Assembly: GCA_020348925.1 (NCBI GenBank)
Contig: CP070758.1
Span: 1,568,469 to 1,632,468 of the forward strand
Direction of reading: 5' to 3'
Source: Gemmatimonadota bacterium
Lineage (GTDB): Bacteria > JBHIER01 > G020348925
DNA length: 64,000 nt
Made by a program: the position numbers and the translations under genes. A model generated the notes under the pieces. The model saw only the letters and a program-made list of their open reading frames with translations, ran no database searches and was not told the origin of the DNA. This document shows, one piece after another, positions 61,901 through 64,000 of the stretch; within the stretch, counting starts at the first letter, position 1; each line of letters opens with the position of its first letter.

Positions 61901-61983
61901 TCGCCACACTGCTCACGCTCGGGGTTGTACCAGTTTTATATTCGATACTCTTTCGAGTGAAATACAAGGATTTTCAATATTGA
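58903..61983 (+). CDS. AcrB/AcrD/AcrF-family RND transporter
   Basis: FPGASPERVE, ALGMLVDNAIV, GVVINNAIVLID, RRLRPILLT; GAGGAG RBS. Confidence 0.96.
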   Translation: MNLTRTAIEKNRVTAVALILIVLAGLNTFRTMPRAEDPGFIIRWALVTTDFPGASPERVENLVTDKIEQAIQEMPEIDYIYSMSKTGVSLIYLGIKEEYTEMRPIWDDLRRKVERTVNRGELPQGIIGPRVNDEFGDVFGTIVTLTGEGYSYAELKEIADDVRSELLVIEDVAKVEIHGAQEERIFVEYNNARLAELGISASQLMGILASQNIVLSGGDVTTDREEIVLEPTGSFESLEDLRRTIINIPGHSGLLYLEDVADIYRGYIDPPQSMVRWSGVPALALAINMREGGNIIHLGEDVKESIAYLQTVYPIGIEFDFAAFQPYHVDKKVKEFTGSLLQAIGVVLLVMLLFLGVRTGLVVATLVPMAMIMSIMLMGVFNIGLDQMSIASLIIALGMLVDNAIVMSESIMVQMAAGKKAKNAAIDSANELRIPLLTSSLTTSAAFLPIFLAESGVGEYCAPLFKVVTITLLSSWILSLTMIPMLCVVFLRIKKRGDEDPYDSRFYKVYRRFLIMLLKHRFLTVLVVFVIFMVALQGFALLPNIFFPSNDKAIYTAELNLPTGTPIGRTVELVDELEQYMREELMVTATRTEGIVNWSTYIGQGPPTFVLGFSPEQANPGYASFIVNTATGGPFLDSLVRKTEVYCREHFPDVRPNISRLELGPPPDAPVNVRIFGKDLDTVFEIADKVKAKLASIPGTKDIHDDWGLRTKKLMVNINQARAKRAGVTNQDIAMSLQAALTGIETTQFREEDHVIPITLRSVESERQDIGKLETINVYSQTTGQNVPLKQVADLEVVWEPSKRYRRDLLKAISIKCDVGAKVTPISVSREMESWLEEEQAYWGVGYSYEIGGEAESSDEASQSINEKLPIAALIIILLLVGQFNSIRRPLIILMTIPLGIIGVIIGLLILKSYFGFMTLLGLISLAGVVINNAIVLIDRIRIEQEEMEPRRAVIVAAQRRLRPILLTTATTIGGLIPLYLGGGPLWEPMAIAIMFGLAFATLLTLGVVPVLYSILFRVKYKDFQY

Positions 61984-61996
61984 AAAGAATGATACG

Positions 61997-63082
61997 ATGC
62001 TCAAGAGAATAAAACGGGCTCTATCCGGTTTTCGAAAAGCAGAGACACATCGTATAAGAGTGTGGCTTTTGTACGGTCTTGCAATTCTCGTGATTGCTGC
62101 TTCACATTTGATATCTTGGTTCATTGGTGTGCATCTAATAGTATGTATCATCCATGGGACAATCGGTGGTATGGCCATCGGCGTATCGCTTTTCACAATG
62201 CTCCGCCCGGTTTTTAATCTGTTCCGAGTGACTTCAACCCTCAGTAATATCACCAAGGATCGATCCAAGGTTCACCAGCTGCATCTTGGACTTATTGAAA
62301 AAGGCACCACGCTGGTGAAAAGCATTCGGGATCTGAAAGAGGTTCTTGAAGGGACATTGTCCTCTCTCATCCAGGAGCATGAGGTTGTCATACGAAAACC
62401 ATTGGAGGATGCTCTCTTTGATGTTACTCAGCAGATGAGAGGTGCTGAGGAGATGACGGAGATCGCGAAGGAACTTGAAACTGCCGTGAAAGATGAGATC
62501 AAACAGATGCGGGAAAGAGAAATTGAGACGTCAACGTATCTCCGAACAGAAGCACAAGTTCAAATGGTCAATAATTTTTGGAACGAAATTCATGGATTTA
62601 TTTTTCTGAACATCGGGTTTGGTTTTTTGTATTATGGCCTCTGGACCTGCTTGCAGAGTTTCGGCATCATGGCTTTTCGCGTTCCTGCTGAGGCATCGAT
62701 AACGCTTTCCGATTTCCTCTATTATAGCGCTGTGACAGTGAGTACGCTGGGTTATGGTGAAATACATCCTGCACTCTGGCCGTCTCAGTTTCTGGCGGTC
62801 CTGCAAATCGTCATAGGAGCCACGTTTGTTGTTGGTATCATAGGAGTACTGCTCTCTTTGCTGACATCCGATGAGTTTTACAAACGGCGAATCTTCCAGG
62901 AAGCCAGCGGCAAACGCCCAGATGTCTATACGGATGATCTGGAGGAGTGGAACGTGAGGATGGGTTCGAAATCAGGAAAACTGTCCGAGGAATTCAGCCA
63001 AAAACTCGAACACTTAAGCCAGGAATTTGATGAAGTCTGGCAAAGACACCGTCAGACATTCAGGGAGATTGGGTTGATGTAG
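61997..63082 (+). CDS. Potassium-channel-family (2TM pore) protein with N-terminal TMs and coiled-coil
   Basis: DFLYYSAVTVSTLGYGEIHP pore/filter motif flanked by TMs. Confidence 0.78.
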   Translation: MLKRIKRALSGFRKAETHRIRVWLLYGLAILVIAASHLISWFIGVHLIVCIIHGTIGGMAIGVSLFTMLRPVFNLFRVTSTLSNITKDRSKVHQLHLGLIEKGTTLVKSIRDLKEVLEGTLSSLIQEHEVVIRKPLEDALFDVTQQMRGAEEMTEIAKELETAVKDEIKQMREREIETSTYLRTEAQVQMVNNFWNEIHGFIFLNIGFGFLYYGLWTCLQSFGIMAFRVPAEASITLSDFLYYSAVTVSTLGYGEIHPALWPSQFLAVLQIVIGATFVVGIIGVLLSLLTSDEFYKRRIFQEASGKRPDVYTDDLEEWNVRMGSKSGKLSEEFSQKLEHLSQEFDEVWQRHRQTFREIGLM

Positions 63083-63336
63083 GATAGAATGAGAACGTGG
63101 AAAAAATCGATTTCTAAAACAATTTTCGATATGACAGGAGGAACAGCAGAAAATACAACCCGTTCCTTTTTTTTGTTAAAAACCAATATGCCAAAAAGAT
63201 ACTTCATTCAATTCCGTATGATTATTTTATTCATAATTTGAAGCTTGAATCCGTATTAGAGAAAACGCGTACAACAAGTCCACGGATAAGGACATTGAAA
63301 AAATATGAATCAAGGAACAGCGGTTTCATTTCTTAC

Positions 63337-63365
63337 TTGACTAAGTATCACACAAATGATAACTT
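63337..63365 (+). promoter_or_regulatory. Possible sigma70 promoter for FIST gene
   Basis: TTGACT-17 bp-TAACTT with extended TG. Confidence 0.4.
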
Positions 63366-63444
63366 AACAAGAAATAATGGGTAAGAATGGTTATGTGCGA
63401 TCCGTTTGATCGGCAGCGAAATCGAAGTCAAGAGGTGAGTAAAA

Positions 63445-64000
63445 TTGAAAAACAGAAGTGAAAGAATCAGTGTGAAGAGAGGATATTCCCAATCTCAGGA
63501 TGAAGCTGAGGCTGTCCGGGAATTGGCGGAACAGATTGACCAACCTGACGCTTCGGTAACCGTACTGTTTGCCTCTTCGAAGTACGATCTGAAGCGGCTG
63601 GCCGGTGAAGTGAAGCGTACCTTCACCGAACCCGTCATCGGTTGTACGACATCCGGGGAGATTACGCCGGAAGGATACGCCCGGGAATCTCTTTCCGGGT
63701 TTCGTATTGCGAGCGATGAATTGGAAGTGTATCCCTATTTCATTCCCTCACTGCATGATTTCAATTCAGAAAAAATTAATGAGGTGGTCAATTCCATTCA
63801 GAGGCAAATATCACACTCTTACCAGAAGAAACCCGAAGCCCGGTGTTTCGGGCTTTTACTCATAGACGGTCTGTCCCTCATGGAAGAACGTGTTATCGCT
63901 ATTCTGGCGAACTCTGTTTCAGACGTACCGATAGCGGGAGGTTCGGCGGGGGACGATTTGAATCTGGAGAAAACGTATGTCTACTCAGGCGGAGAGTTTG
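63445..64000 (+). CDS. FIST-domain (NosP-like) sensor protein, 3' truncated by window; absent from ORF track
   Basis: GAGGTG RBS, TTG start; LFASSKYD, VIGCTTSGEI, LIDGLS..EE, IAGGSAGDD. Confidence 0.88.
   Translation, partial: MKNRSERISVKRGYSQSQDEAEAVRELAEQIDQPDASVTVLFASSKYDLKRLAGEVKRTFTEPVIGCTTSGEITPEGYARESLSGFRIASDELEVYPYFIPSLHDFNSEKINEVVNSIQRQISHSYQKKPEARCFGLLLIDGLSLMEERVIAILANSVSDVPIAGGSAGDDLNLEKTYVYSGGEF

Noticed and set aside
1-64000. CRISPR array, tRNA, rRNA, transposase or integrase
   Set aside because: No regularly spaced repeats, RNA gene signatures or mobile-element ORFs recognised

Overview
Scaffolded bacterial contig with two N-gaps (32849-32948, 58276-58375). It is probably from an uncultured FCB-group lineage; this is inferred from T9SS-type C-terminal tails (QNYPNPFN) occurring together with cohesin/dockerin modules. 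Four blocks: (1) 1-10.7 kb housekeeping genes (nrdJ 3' part, dCMP deaminase, mutM, secD, secF, DUF456, sixA, nitroreductase) plus a dockerin-tailed M14 carboxypeptidase. (2) 10.8-32.8 kb minus-strand cluster of large secreted modular proteins that end either in a dockerin or in a T9SS-type tail, two of the latter carrying several cohesins. This looks like a cellulosome-like scaffold system loaded with peptidase and beta-propeller cargo rather than recognisable glycoside hydrolases. (3) 33-58 kb minus-strand glycosylation locus with five paralogous GT-C-like membrane proteins, an ArnT/PMT-like GT, four GT2s, two flippase-like proteins, an AlkP-superfamily enzyme and four radical SAM/SPASM genes; two of its genes have single in-frame TAA stops. 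(4) RND efflux pair, a K+-channel-like protein and a partial FIST-domain gene. Several REP-like or structured intergenic elements and a 211-bp direct repeat are present. All domain calls come from motif recognition by eye, not from database searches.
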